Shown piece after piece: positions 29,401-39,020 of a DNA stretch of 64,000 nucleotides. The notes under the pieces are model-generated. The model was not told where the DNA came from. It saw nothing but the letters and a program-made list of their open reading frames with translations, and did not search any database. The stretch comes from Acidobacteriota bacterium (GTDB lineage: Bacteria; Acidobacteriota; UBA6911). The translations under genes were made by a program, and so were the position numbers. The first letter of the stretch is position 1; every line of letters begins with the position of its first letter. Location: positions 1,696,001 through 1,760,000 of the forward strand of contig OY761556.1 in assembly GCA_963664705.1 (NCBI GenBank). The letters are read 5' to 3'.

Positions 29401-30489
29401 CTAAAGCATCTCCACGACAAGATCGCCGAATCGCTGCGTGGTTAATATGCTGGATGCCGGCGTATCCGGAGCGGCCAGTTCTGCAGTCCGATAACCCTTT
29501 TCAAAAACCCCAAACAGGGCATTCCAGATATCCTCGGACTCCTGGTGTAATCCCAGGCATTTCTCGAAAAGGAATGCCACGCTTCCGATCATGGAGTAAG
29601 GGTTCGCCTTGTTCTGATTGGCGATATCGGGTGCGGATCCGTGGGCTGCCTCCACATAACCTTTCTGGGGACCGATACAGGCAGAGGGCATCAGGCCAAG
29701 GGATCCCAGGACGCCTCCGGCCTGATCCGTTAAAATATCTCCCTGCATATTTTCCAGTAATACAACGCCGTTAAACTGGCGCGGATTCTTTACCAGCTGA
29801 AAGGCTGCATTGTCGACGAGCATGGAGCGATATTCGACATCCGGGTAGGACTTGCCAACGTCTTCAACCACTTCACGCCAAAAACGGGAGGTCGCCAGGA
29901 CATTGGCTTTGTGGATGTTGATCATGGGATCCTTCCTCTTGCGCGCTTCGTCAAATGCGACAATTGCCACGCGTCTCACCTGTTCGTCGGTATACTTGCA
30001 ATCGTCTTCCGCGTACTTCATGCCGGTCTGGATGCCCTCTGTCTTCTCTCCGAAGTAAATGCCTCCGACAAGCTCGCGAATCATCAGTATGTCGAGTCCA
30101 TCGCCGATCAGGCTCTCTTTGATGGGAGAAAACGAGGCAAGTGCCTTGGGCAAGCGCACGGGACGATAGTTTGCGAAGGTATCGTAGCGTTTGCGCAATG
30201 GAAGGATGGCTCCCAGTTCCGGGCGCATATCCTGCGGAATCTGGTTCATTTTTTCAACCGCAAGCCCCACGGGGCCTTTGATGATCGCATCCGCCTGGTC
30301 GCAGATATTTATCGTCTTTTCCGGGAAGGGAGATCCGTCCGTAAAGTAGGCTTCCGCTCCGAAAGGCGCATAGATCAGTTCAAATTCGTGTCCATATTTC
30401 CTCTCGACGGCTTTCAGAACTTTAATGGACTCTCCAACGATCTCAGGACCGATTCCATCGCCTTCCAGAACAGCAATTGTCTTTCGCAT
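29401..30489 (-). CDS. leuB: 3-isopropylmalate dehydrogenase
   Basis: GDGIGPE, RPELGAILPLRK, RELVGGIYFG, KANVL, GDILTD, HGSAPDIA. Confidence 0.92.
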   Translation of the reverse strand: MRKTIAVLEGDGIGPEIVGESIKVLKAVERKYGHEFELIYAPFGAEAYFTDGSPFPEKTINICDQADAIIKGPVGLAVEKMNQIPQDMRPELGAILPLRKRYDTFANYRPVRLPKALASFSPIKESLIGDGLDILMIRELVGGIYFGEKTEGIQTGMKYAEDDCKYTDEQVRRVAIVAFDEARKRKDPMINIHKANVLATSRFWREVVEDVGKSYPDVEYRSMLVDNAAFQLVKNPRQFNGVVLLENMQGDILTDQAGGVLGSLGLMPSACIGPQKGYVEAAHGSAPDIANQNKANPYSMIGSVAFLFEKCLGLHQESEDIWNALFGVFEKGYRTAELAAPDTPASSILTTQRFGDLVVEML

Positions 30490-30693
30490 TTCTTAATCCT
30501 TTGTTCCTGCCATCCAAATTAAAAAATAAACGTTCACCGCAAATAGAGCCTTCTGATGAAGGTGTTTAATAGTCCCAGAAATATTCCTGTTGGACAATAC
30601 CTGTCTAAGAGATTCTTCCGGTTCCTAAATTGGCTGTTGCCGACGCTGAGGGAGGAGGACTAAACAGGAGAGTGAAATACTTCCGCATTTCTG

Positions 30694-30750
30694 TTCCGTG
30701 AAATTCGTGGCAAAAGCAACGGTTTTACTTTTGCCACAAATTTCACGGAA
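30694..30750. repeat. long inverted repeat (REP-like family B; may act as terminator)
   Basis: TTCCGTGAAATTCGTGGCAAAAG...CTTTTGCCACAAATTTCACGGAA. Confidence 0.75.
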
Positions 30751-30783
30751 TCCAAGAAGAAATTCTGGGCTTAGGGCTTGCTG

Positions 30784-32490
30784 CTAATACCCCGCATAAA
30801 CAGGGACGACATCTTTATACTTTGCAACCAGCTTGTCCCAATTGCGCGGTAATTCGATCTTCTTTGTGATAAAGCCGTTTTCAATGCCTCCAACGCTACG
30901 AAGCATTCCCATCCAGGCCCCTGGCCCACCGGCTACGACGATGAGGAGTCCGTCGCTTTCCGCGGGAGGGGGTTGAGAAAGAACATCGGCATTTTCCTTC
31001 CTTGCAGGAAAAGGCGACGTTGCATTCTTTAGTATGAAATCCTTCAACTTGCTTTTAGTCCACCCTTCGGCCGAAAGCACTTTTGCGTGTGAGGGAATGA
31101 TGACGAGGCAAGACATGTTCCACGGTCCCATCGCTGCAAGCGATTGTGCAATTCCAAGAGCGCTTGTTTCCCGCGGAACACTCTGAACGTAGCTATTGGG
31201 AAAGAACAGGGTGACGGTATTGTCTTCCTTTTTAAATCCTCGTTCCACCTGCAGTGGCTCCCAGGGACTTTCCTCTTCACTTTCGCCCAAAACCAGGCTG
31301 TACTTGGATGGATTGCCGATGACGCCCATATCCTCAACACCCTTGCGGGCGCCTCCGATATTTTTGACGATAAGCCCCACGGCCCGTCCGATGGCAGAAT
31401 TAGCGATATTTCCCGGGCTCAAAGCGCCTGAGCTGTAATTGATGTGGATGTCATTCCGTATTGGTCCGTTGATAGCGAAAAATGGCGCCCAGGACCCGGT
31501 GCTGACCTCAAACGTATCGAATCGGGATTTCTGCTCCATCAGTGCCTGCACTGAGGCGATCAGAACCGGCATGTGGGTCGGGAGCGCTCCCGCCATCACG
31601 GCATTGACCGCGATCTTTTCTACCGTGGCGCGGCCCAGTCTCGGAATAATCTTGGTGACCAGGTGATCGGCCGGCAAATCGGTACCGGTCATCATCTCGG
31701 CCACAGCCTTCTCCGTCGGCGGCACGATCGGCAAGCCGTCGGTCCAGCCCTTGCGGTAGAAGAAGCGATTCACATCCTCATAATCCCCTTTGAAGACAAT
31801 TCTGGGAGGCTTGGCTGTGGACAGCTTTGGAGTTTTTTCATTCAAAGTAAGCGGCTTTGTCAGCATTTCAAGAATGCCCGGCATTGCGGCGGCAGTTCCG
31901 GCCTCGATATCAGCGGATACTGTCGATTCGCATGGTACGTTCAGCGGGAGAACCCGGATACCCGGAACGCCTTTGCTGGAAGCGGCGGAGTGTGCATCTG
32001 TTACAAAACCTGGATTCGCCAGTAACACGACCGGCGTGCCAAAGCCCTCGATAGCTATTCCGTTATAGACGAGGAACTTTGTGCAGGACCCTCAATCTCC
32101 GACCAGCAAAATGACCGCATCGACTCCCTTGGCCCAGGCAATGAATTGGTCGCGGTTTTTGGTTTCGGTTTCCACGACATTCCATTCCGTGGAATTGAAA
32201 GTTCGAATGTCGGAGTCCGGATACATGGACTTCAATCTTCTTTCGAGTGCCAATCCAATGGGGCGCGCCGCGCGCTTGTAATTGACAAACAATCCTATCT
32301 TCTTCCCGGCGAGGCCGTCTATGCGCGGCGAAATACCCTTGAGCGGAATAGGATCCACTTCCGCCCACGGACTCAGAACTTCATACCGAATCGGCGGCGA
32401 TGCTTGAGCAAATAGCATGTGCGAAGGCACCTGTGCCGCTGCCAGGGCAACGAGCAATCCCAGGGCCCAACGAATACCAAATCTGGGCAT
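30784..32490 (-). CDS. UGSC-family selenoprotein (568 aa, Sec at in-frame UGA 32092-32094) with signal peptide
   Basis: ORFs 32092-32505 and 30784-32028 are in the same frame; read-through gives VILLVGD-U-GSCTKF..GTPVVLLANPGF; C-terminal GWTDGLPIVPPT domain; GGAGG RBS before ATG 32490. Confidence 0.85.
32041..32080 (-). promoter_or_regulatory. candidate bacterial SECIS element
   Basis: hairpin starting 12 nt 3' of the UGA: AAAGUUCCUCG/CGAGGGCUUU lower stem, CUAU/AUAG upper stem, AACGGA loop. Confidence 0.55.
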
Positions 32491-32592
32491 AATGCTGACC
32501 TCCATGCAATTGTTTATAAAGAGAAGGGGGCGATTATATCGCGATTTCGCGGAGTAAACAGAATTAACTCAGGATGAAAAAGGGTGGGAATT

Positions 32593-32628
32593 TGGGGTCT
32601 CGCCGGTATCCGAAATGGCGAGGCCCCA
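32593..32628 (-). terminator. GC-rich hairpin downstream of FIST kinase gene
   Basis: TGGGGTCTCGCC...GGCGAGGCCCCA, 10 nt after the stop codon; weak U-tract. Confidence 0.5.
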
Positions 32629-32638
32629 GAAGAGCGAT

Positions 32639-35600
32639 TCAGTTCAGCTTCCAGTTGCTGCCGAAAGCCTGGCGTCGGGCAGCGGATAATGCCTCTCGTA
32701 ATTCGCTTTTTCGATAGGGCTTGCTAAGGAATACCTGAGGCAATTCTGCGCGGCCTTCTTTCCCAATCTGTGCCATGGCATATCCACTTGCAAGCACCAC
32801 CGGAATTTCCGGACGGATTTTCCTAATGGCGGACAGAACTTCCCAGCCATCCATTCGAGGCATGGAAAGGTCCAGCAGTACGCAAGTGATCGTATCCTTG
32901 TGCTCGCGAAACAGATTTACCGCTTCGACTCCATCGATGGCGGATAAGACTTTGTAGCCCAAACGCTCAACGATGCTGCAGGTCAGATTGCGGACCGACT
33001 CTTCATCTTCAGCAACCAGGACAATCCCCTCAAGAGGTCCTGCCGCAACCAGAGGACTCGGCGAGTCTTCGATGGGAGGTGCCTCCAGTCCGGAAACTGG
33101 CAGGAAGATCCGGAATGTTGTGCCAAATCCCAATTTTGAATCAATCGAGATGCCTCCCCTGTATCTGCGGACAACGCCCAGGACAAGGGATAATCCGAGG
33201 CCGCGACCAACGAACTTGGTTGAAAAGAAGGGATCAAAAACGCTTCCGACTATGGCGGGATCCAGACCGCAGCCGGTATCCTCAACGGCAAGGCTGATAT
33301 ATCGTTCTTCGCTTGGTTTCCAATCGGCGGGGAAAAGGCGCGCCCCCTGGAGCTTTTCAGCTTGAATGGTGCGAAGGGAGATGCGGATGGCGCCATCCTG
33401 ATCGCCAATGGCTTCTCCCGCATTCATGACGAGATTCGTAATGATCTGGCGGATATGTCCAGGATCCGCCACAATGGTCGGCCCGGGGAAGGGAATTTCC
33501 GTTGTGATCCGAACCTTTTTGGAGATTGCTTCGCTGGGCAGGACCAGTGCATCGCGGATAATGGCAGCAAGGTCGATGGGATCGACTTCACCGCTGGCCT
33601 GCCCAAGATAGACAAGCATCGATCTGCTTACATCCGCTGCGCGGTGCGATGCCTTCATCGCTTCTTTCAGGTGATCCTTCAGTCCGGGAAGATTGGGAAC
33701 ATCCTCCAGCGCCAGTTCGAGGTTTCCGAGAACCACGGACAGCATATTGTTAAAGTGATGTGCGATGGCGGCGGCCATGCGGCCCAGGCTTTCGGATTTT
33801 TGAACCTGGAAGAGTTTTCGCTCCAGGTCCAACCGATCGTTTTCCCCTTTGAGGCGTTCAGAAATATCGCGCGATATGCCGAGAATTGCCGGTTGGCCGC
33901 TCCATTGGGCGCGGACGATCCTGGTTTCCACGGGGATCGAATTTCCGGATTTTGTATGGAGGGGGATGGGGCAGAATTCCCGCGTTCCGGCCAGCATGTC
34001 GGAAATAATCTGCTCAGCCTCTTCTCGCCGATTCGGCGGATGAATCTGATGAACGGATTGCCCGATAAGCTCTCCTGCGGCATATTCGAGGCGATGCTCG
34101 GCAACCGGATTGGTGAAGATGATTTTACCCTGCTCATCGATGACGAAGACGAAATCCTGAAGCGAACTGAAAAGAGTTTCGAGGTTCTGTCGGAATTCCC
34201 GAAGCCGCTCTCCCGTTTTTATGCGCGCAATTGCCCCGCCAAGCTGAGCCGCAATCATTTCCAGCGCATTTCGGAATGGAATCGGAATTTCGTCATGCGA
34301 GTGGGATGCAACGTTAAGAACGGCGATGACGCGACTGTTATGCAATACCGGAATTACGGCAATCGCACGCAGTTCTTCACCCGTGGTTGCGGATTTGGCC
34401 TCCGGAAAGAGTTCCTGGTAAATCCGATATACAGGTTTTCCTGAAAGAGCAAGGCTAACCTGCGGGCTATCAGATCCAAGGCGCTGAGCGTTTTCCACAA
34501 ATTCGCTGGAGAGACCGCGGTGAACAATCAAATTGAGTCCTCCGTCACCATCGTCTCTAAGGTATACACCGCCGCAATCGGCTATTCCGAGATTGCAGAT
34601 CGTCTCAATGACGCGGTTGAGGGCGTCCAGGAGGTCTGTTGACGAACTCAGCGCGATGGCAAGATCTCGCTGAGCATTGGAAAGATCCATCAGTTGGTGC
34701 GCTTCCGAATTGTCCAGGTTGGTTCCCATCATTCTTAGCGGATGGTTGTTGCTATCTCGCTGGACAACCTTGCCTTTGGAGAGAATCCACTTCCATTCAT
34801 TCTTTCCCGTGAGCAGCCTGTGTTCAACTTCAAAGAATGGCGACTTCCCATCCAGATGCGGCTGCAGAGCTTCTTTTATCAGCGGCAGATCATCCGGATG
34901 AACCATTCCGCTCAGATCGTTGCTGGTAAGTGAGAGGCCGGGATCTCGATCCAGCATTCGAAACCACTGTTTGTTGAAGGCGAAGGTGCCAGTCGAGATG
35001 TCCCAATCCCACATTCCCATCCGACCACTATCCAGGGCCAGTTCAAGCCGTTGTCCCTGCATTGCTAACTGGTCTTGAGCCCTTTTGGCATCTGAGAAAT
35101 CGGAAATGACCTTAATGGCTCCGATCAATTCTCCTTTAGCGTCATAATATGGGAAGGCGCGTGAGAAAAACCAATTCCCGTATCCGGATGAATCCGGCAT
35201 ATGAGAGATGTCCTGGTGCGATAGCTGATCTTTGAATACTTCCACCGCTGAACAGGAATCACAAACTTGTTCTCGACCCCGTAAGACCTTATAGCAGGGC
35301 TGATGGAGTATTTCGGATGACATTCCGAATAGGGCCTCCGCCGTGCGATTGGCATATTGAAGCTTCATGTCGCGGGAGATGATGAACAAGCCGTCCTGAA
35401 CATTGGAGAGGATTTGTGCCTGGGTCCGGATCAGTTGTTCTCCCTGGCGTTGTTCCGTAATATCATCTGCCACGCATACAACATAAGCGATATTGCCCGC
35501 GTCATCCATTTTAGGAGTTTTTCTTATCGCCAACAGGCGCCGTTCCCCTTGGCCGTTGGGTACCCATTCTTCGGCATACACAGATTGCCGTGTTCGAAAC

Positions 35601-37102
35601 AACTCCATGTTGCTTTCGCGGCACACTTGCGCGACATCGGGAGGCAGGAATTCATCCAGTTTTTTGCCTGCTGCCCGGGAAACTGAAATGCCGAGAAAGT
35701 CCGCATGAGCCTTGTTCAGGTTGGCATAGGTGTTGATATCGGTTAAGTACCAGATCTGAGTTTCGATGTTGTCTAACAACAGCGATTGTTCATCCGTCTT
35801 AGCCCGCAGGGCATCCGTAATTCTCAAGTTTTCAATGAGGAGTCGACTGTTTTCGTCCGCTGTTTTTGCCGGCTGCGATAGTTCATTGCCCAGAGCCAAT
35901 AGCGCAATGACCAGGTTGTTGTGGCGGAGCAGCGCATCATCGGCCAATCCTTGTTCTCCAAAGGAATAGCAGCCAACCAGCGGGGCATTGGGCAGAATGG
36001 CCTGAAGTGCTTCAATCTCTTCCGAGGTGCGACGCCTTAAAATGCGGGGCCGAAGGGCGCAGGAAAATGCCAGAATCAATGAAGGCTGGGCAATATGCGC
36101 TCGCCACAGGGCTTTGCGCGCTGCGGTCGGAGCGGCCTCAATGATTTCGTCGGAATCAGCGGCCATTACAATCAACACGGCTCCCTGGACAACCGGTTGA
36201 GTCATTCGGATGCCGCCTTGAGGCGTGATGAAGCTGGCCACATTGACGCTATATTGGCCAAAAGCATCGGCGGTTCCACACGGTTTTTGTGTTAGGAGCG
36301 TAAGATGCTTCCCCTCCAGTTCGTTGCGCTCCATTTCCACCAGCTCGGCGTAGACATCGGCTGCAGGCCGTCCATCGAGTTCGATAACTTCGTGCCCTTG
36401 GCATCGCGTTACGGTTGCCCGGCGGCTTGTGGGTTTGAATCCGTGAGACATCGCCATTCCGAAGGCGAGGCGAGTGCGGAAAAGGACGAACAAAAGGCTA
36501 TCGGGATGGGCTTCCGTTCCGCAAAGTACGAAGTTGGTATCCATCCGCCAATCATCCGCCGCGCAGCCCCCAATAATGGGGAATCGGTCATTGGATAAGC
36601 CTTTTATCTTCTCAAGAATTTCAAATCCGCAGCAATTGGACTGCTGCGTGTTGCCCGGGGAGAAGAGCATTCCGAATACGTTCTCTCCCTTCCGGGTCAA
36701 TTCGGACCAGGTATCATCCTTTGCTTCGGAAAAGAAATCGCATAGCCCCTCCGCGGAGAGCGCTTCGTCAACTGCCGCAGCCCAGTTTCTCGAGACATTT
36801 CGGCCCAATCCCATTTCGACCTGAAGATAGGGAGATGCCAGTGCCGTGACCACCACGCTTCCCTCATGAACCCCGTTGCAGATTTCGCCTGCGGTGGTGA
36901 TTCCTGCCAGGGGAGCATCTCCCATCACGCTGGCGATGCCGGCAAGAAGACGTTGGAGGTCATAGCGAATGGAGGCGAAAACCAGGACAACAGATATGTC
37001 ATAGTTTTTAATTCCGCTCCGGGCTTGTTTTGCAGCCAAAACGCCGCACTCATAGGAGTCGTCCGCCCTAGATGTACCATAGCCAACTTCAATCAAATTC
37101 AT
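32639..37102 (-). CDS. FIST(N/C)-PAS-GAF hybrid sensor histidine kinase
   Basis: FIST motifs (TTAGEI, IIGGCAAD, ELDGRPA, FSC..R, YSFGEQ), 4 PAS, GAF, AIAHHFNN, DPFFSTK, receiver. Confidence 0.9.
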   Translation of the reverse strand: MNLIEVGYGTSRADDSYECGVLAAKQARSGIKNYDISVVLVFASIRYDLQRLLAGIASVMGDAPLAGITTAGEICNGVHEGSVVVTALASPYLQVEMGLGRNVSRNWAAAVDEALSAEGLCDFFSEAKDDTWSELTRKGENVFGMLFSPGNTQQSNCCGFEILEKIKGLSNDRFPIIGGCAADDWRMDTNFVLCGTEAHPDSLLFVLFRTRLAFGMAMSHGFKPTSRRATVTRCQGHEVIELDGRPAADVYAELVEMERNELEGKHLTLLTQKPCGTADAFGQYSVNVASFITPQGGIRMTQPVVQGAVLIVMAADSDEIIEAAPTAARKALWRAHIAQPSLILAFSCALRPRILRRRTSEEIEALQAILPNAPLVGCYSFGEQGLADDALLRHNNLVIALLALGNELSQPAKTADENSRLLIENLRITDALRAKTDEQSLLLDNIETQIWYLTDINTYANLNKAHADFLGISVSRAAGKKLDEFLPPDVAQVCRESNMELFRTRQSVYAEEWVPNGQGERRLLAIRKTPKMDDAGNIAYVVCVADDITEQRQGEQLIRTQAQILSNVQDGLFIISRDMKLQYANRTAEALFGMSSEILHQPCYKVLRGREQVCDSCSAVEVFKDQLSHQDISHMPDSSGYGNWFFSRAFPYYDAKGELIGAIKVISDFSDAKRAQDQLAMQGQRLELALDSGRMGMWDWDISTGTFAFNKQWFRMLDRDPGLSLTSNDLSGMVHPDDLPLIKEALQPHLDGKSPFFEVEHRLLTGKNEWKWILSKGKVVQRDSNNHPLRMMGTNLDNSEAHQLMDLSNAQRDLAIALSSSTDLLDALNRVIETICNLGIADCGGVYLRDDGDGGLNLIVHRGLSSEFVENAQRLGSDSPQVSLALSGKPVYRIYQELFPEAKSATTGEELRAIAVIPVLHNSRVIAVLNVASHSHDEIPIPFRNALEMIAAQLGGAIARIKTGERLREFRQNLETLFSSLQDFVFVIDEQGKIIFTNPVAEHRLEYAAGELIGQSVHQIHPPNRREEAEQIISDMLAGTREFCPIPLHTKSGNSIPVETRIVRAQWSGQPAILGISRDISERLKGENDRLDLERKLFQVQKSESLGRMAAAIAHHFNNMLSVVLGNLELALEDVPNLPGLKDHLKEAMKASHRAADVSRSMLVYLGQASGEVDPIDLAAIIRDALVLPSEAISKKVRITTEIPFPGPTIVADPGHIRQIITNLVMNAGEAIGDQDGAIRISLRTIQAEKLQGARLFPADWKPSEERYISLAVEDTGCGLDPAIVGSVFDPFFSTKFVGRGLGLSLVLGVVRRYRGGISIDSKLGFGTTFRIFLPVSGLEAPPIEDSPSPLVAAGPLEGIVLVAEDEESVRNLTCSIVERLGYKVLSAIDGVEAVNLFREHKDTITCVLLDLSMPRMDGWEVLSAIRKIRPEIPVVLASGYAMAQIGKEGRAELPQVFLSKPYRKSELREALSAARRQAFGSNWKLN

Positions 37103-37898
37103 GCAAACACTCCTGCTGCAGGGGAGATTCTGTCAGGGACGGCTGCGTTCGAGGTATACGAATATCCGCATGAACTGGAGCGTGAAAATGAGCTTGCAGC
37201 AATTGGTTCGATGTACCCGTATTTTGAATCAAAACCTGTCCTAAACCTGCCAGTCTGTACGATATGTCAAAACGAATGCCTATCCTACAATCTATACTCG
37301 GGTTTTAATACCAAGAGATTCCATGGGCCATGAGCTAAAACAATCATCATCTCATTATCGTCCTGTTGAGGGAGAAACTATAACTGCGAAAGGGGCTTGC
37401 TTGAGAAAGCGAAATTTCATCAGAAAAAGGAGGCCTGCAACAAAAGCGATGCGGGCCCGATTTATTCCGGTTGGCAGAAGGTTTGCGCTTTGGCTCACGA
37501 CTGTTGCTCAAATTTCCAGCTTGTATTATTATGATTTCAAACGTATTCCCAAAATAGTGATGAGACGTTCATGAAGGGGCAACCCCCATGAAGCGATCCG
37601 GATGGTGCCTATTGTGGTCAGCAGTCATTTTCGCAGGGATTGGCCGCGAGAGTGTGATTGTCGCGCTTTCCATGCCACGATAAAGGCAGTCCGTTCATGA
37701 GCGTCATGCCCGGATAGTAGTGAAAATGAATTATGAAGCCGGGATGGGATGCCGAAAAGGTAGGCAGCTATGCCAGGGCGAAACGACCCAGGCGCTGCAA
37801 CCAGCGATCGATCGATTCACTCGCGCAAAACGGCTCAAGCTAAGTTATAAAGTTGGTCAATATCAAGGATTGAATCACCGCCAGAAAAGGAGTGTGAC

Positions 37899-39020
37899 AT
37901 GTCCATCTACCGCCCAAGTATTTGGGAACAGGCACAGCAGCAGGGATTGTCTCGCCGCGAATTTCTGAAATTCTGTAGCTGGATCAGCGCCGCACTTGGA
38001 CTTGAGCAAATGGGAGTAGCTCAGGTGGTCAAAGCGCTCGATTCCAAGCCTCGACTTCCCGTTGTCTGGTTTCACTTTCAGGAATGCACCTGTTGCAGTG
38101 AGTCCTTCCTCCGGTCTTCGCATCCTACGGTGGGAAAGCTGCTCCTCGATACGATTTCGCTGGACTACACGGAAACGCTGCAGGCGGCATCCGGTCAGCA
38201 TGCGGAAGAAGCTTTGCACGAGACCATGGCGAAATATCGAGGGGAGTACCTGATGATGGTGGAGGGGTCGGTGCCATCGGCCGACGGAGGAATCTATTGC
38301 TGTATAGGCGGTCGTACCGCGACGGACATTGTTCAGGAAGCCGCAGCGGGTGCGAAAGCGGTCATTGCATGGGGAAGTTGTGCATCCAATGGTTGTATGC
38401 AGGCTGCGCGGCCGAATCCGACCGGAGCACAGCCCATTCGCGAAGTGATTTCGGGCAAGCCGATCGTCAATGTGCCTGGATGTCCGCCGATAGGCGAAGT
38501 TATGGCAGGCGTCATCGTGCATTTACTGGCCTTTGATCGCATCCCGCAGCTGGACGGGGCGGGAAGGCCGAAAGCTTTTTACTCGCGACGGGTTCACGAT
38601 ACCTGTTACCGGAGACCGAATTACGATGCCGGGCTTTTTGTTGAATCCTTTGATGATGAAAATGCCCGAAGAGGTTTCTGTCTGTATCGGATGGGGTGTC
38701 GCGGGCCGGTGACATATAACTCCTGCGGAGTCATGCGCTGGAATGAGGGGGTGAGCTATCCAATACAATCCGGGCATGGATGTATTGGCTGCAGCGAAAG
38801 CAGCTATTGGGATAACGGGCCATTTTATCGCCATTTGGCATCATTCCCCGGTTTTGGAATTGAAAAGACTGCAGATACGATCGGAATGGTTCTTGGTGCG
38901 GGCACGGCGGTCGGCATCGCGGCGCACGCCGTTGTCACGAATGTCCGCAAGCACCAGATCATTGCTGAGGGAGTTGAGGAAAGCAAGCGTCAGGCAGAAC
39001 TCGAGAAAGGAGATGAATAA
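37899..39020 (+). CDS. hyaA: membrane-bound [NiFe] uptake hydrogenase small subunit (six-Cys proximal cluster type)
   Basis: Tat motif SRREFLKFC, ECTCCSES, GSCASNGC, PGCPP, HDTCYRR, CRGP, HGCIGC, C-terminal TM anchor. Confidence 0.95.
   Translation: MSIYRPSIWEQAQQQGLSRREFLKFCSWISAALGLEQMGVAQVVKALDSKPRLPVVWFHFQECTCCSESFLRSSHPTVGKLLLDTISLDYTETLQAASGQHAEEALHETMAKYRGEYLMMVEGSVPSADGGIYCCIGGRTATDIVQEAAAGAKAVIAWGSCASNGCMQAARPNPTGAQPIREVISGKPIVNVPGCPPIGEVMAGVIVHLLAFDRIPQLDGAGRPKAFYSRRVHDTCYRRPNYDAGLFVESFDDENARRGFCLYRMGCRGPVTYNSCGVMRWNEGVSYPIQSGHGCIGCSESSYWDNGPFYRHLASFPGFGIEKTADTIGMVLGAGTAVGIAAHAVVTNVRKHQIIAEGVEESKRQAELEKGDE

Noticed and set aside
30490-30690. Leucine attenuator or leader peptide upstream of leuB
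   Set aside because: No short ORF with a Leu-codon run or T-box motif found
32092-32505. Separate 137 aa gene, or pseudogene with a nonsense mutation
   Set aside because: The UGA falls exactly at the first position of a xGSC redox motif and is followed by a hairpin and an open frame; Sec recoding explains this better
33362-34444. Long antisense ORFs (also 57711-58727, 43899-44717, 2493-3272)
   Set aside because: Shadow frames opposite well-supported kinase genes, with no recognisable motifs
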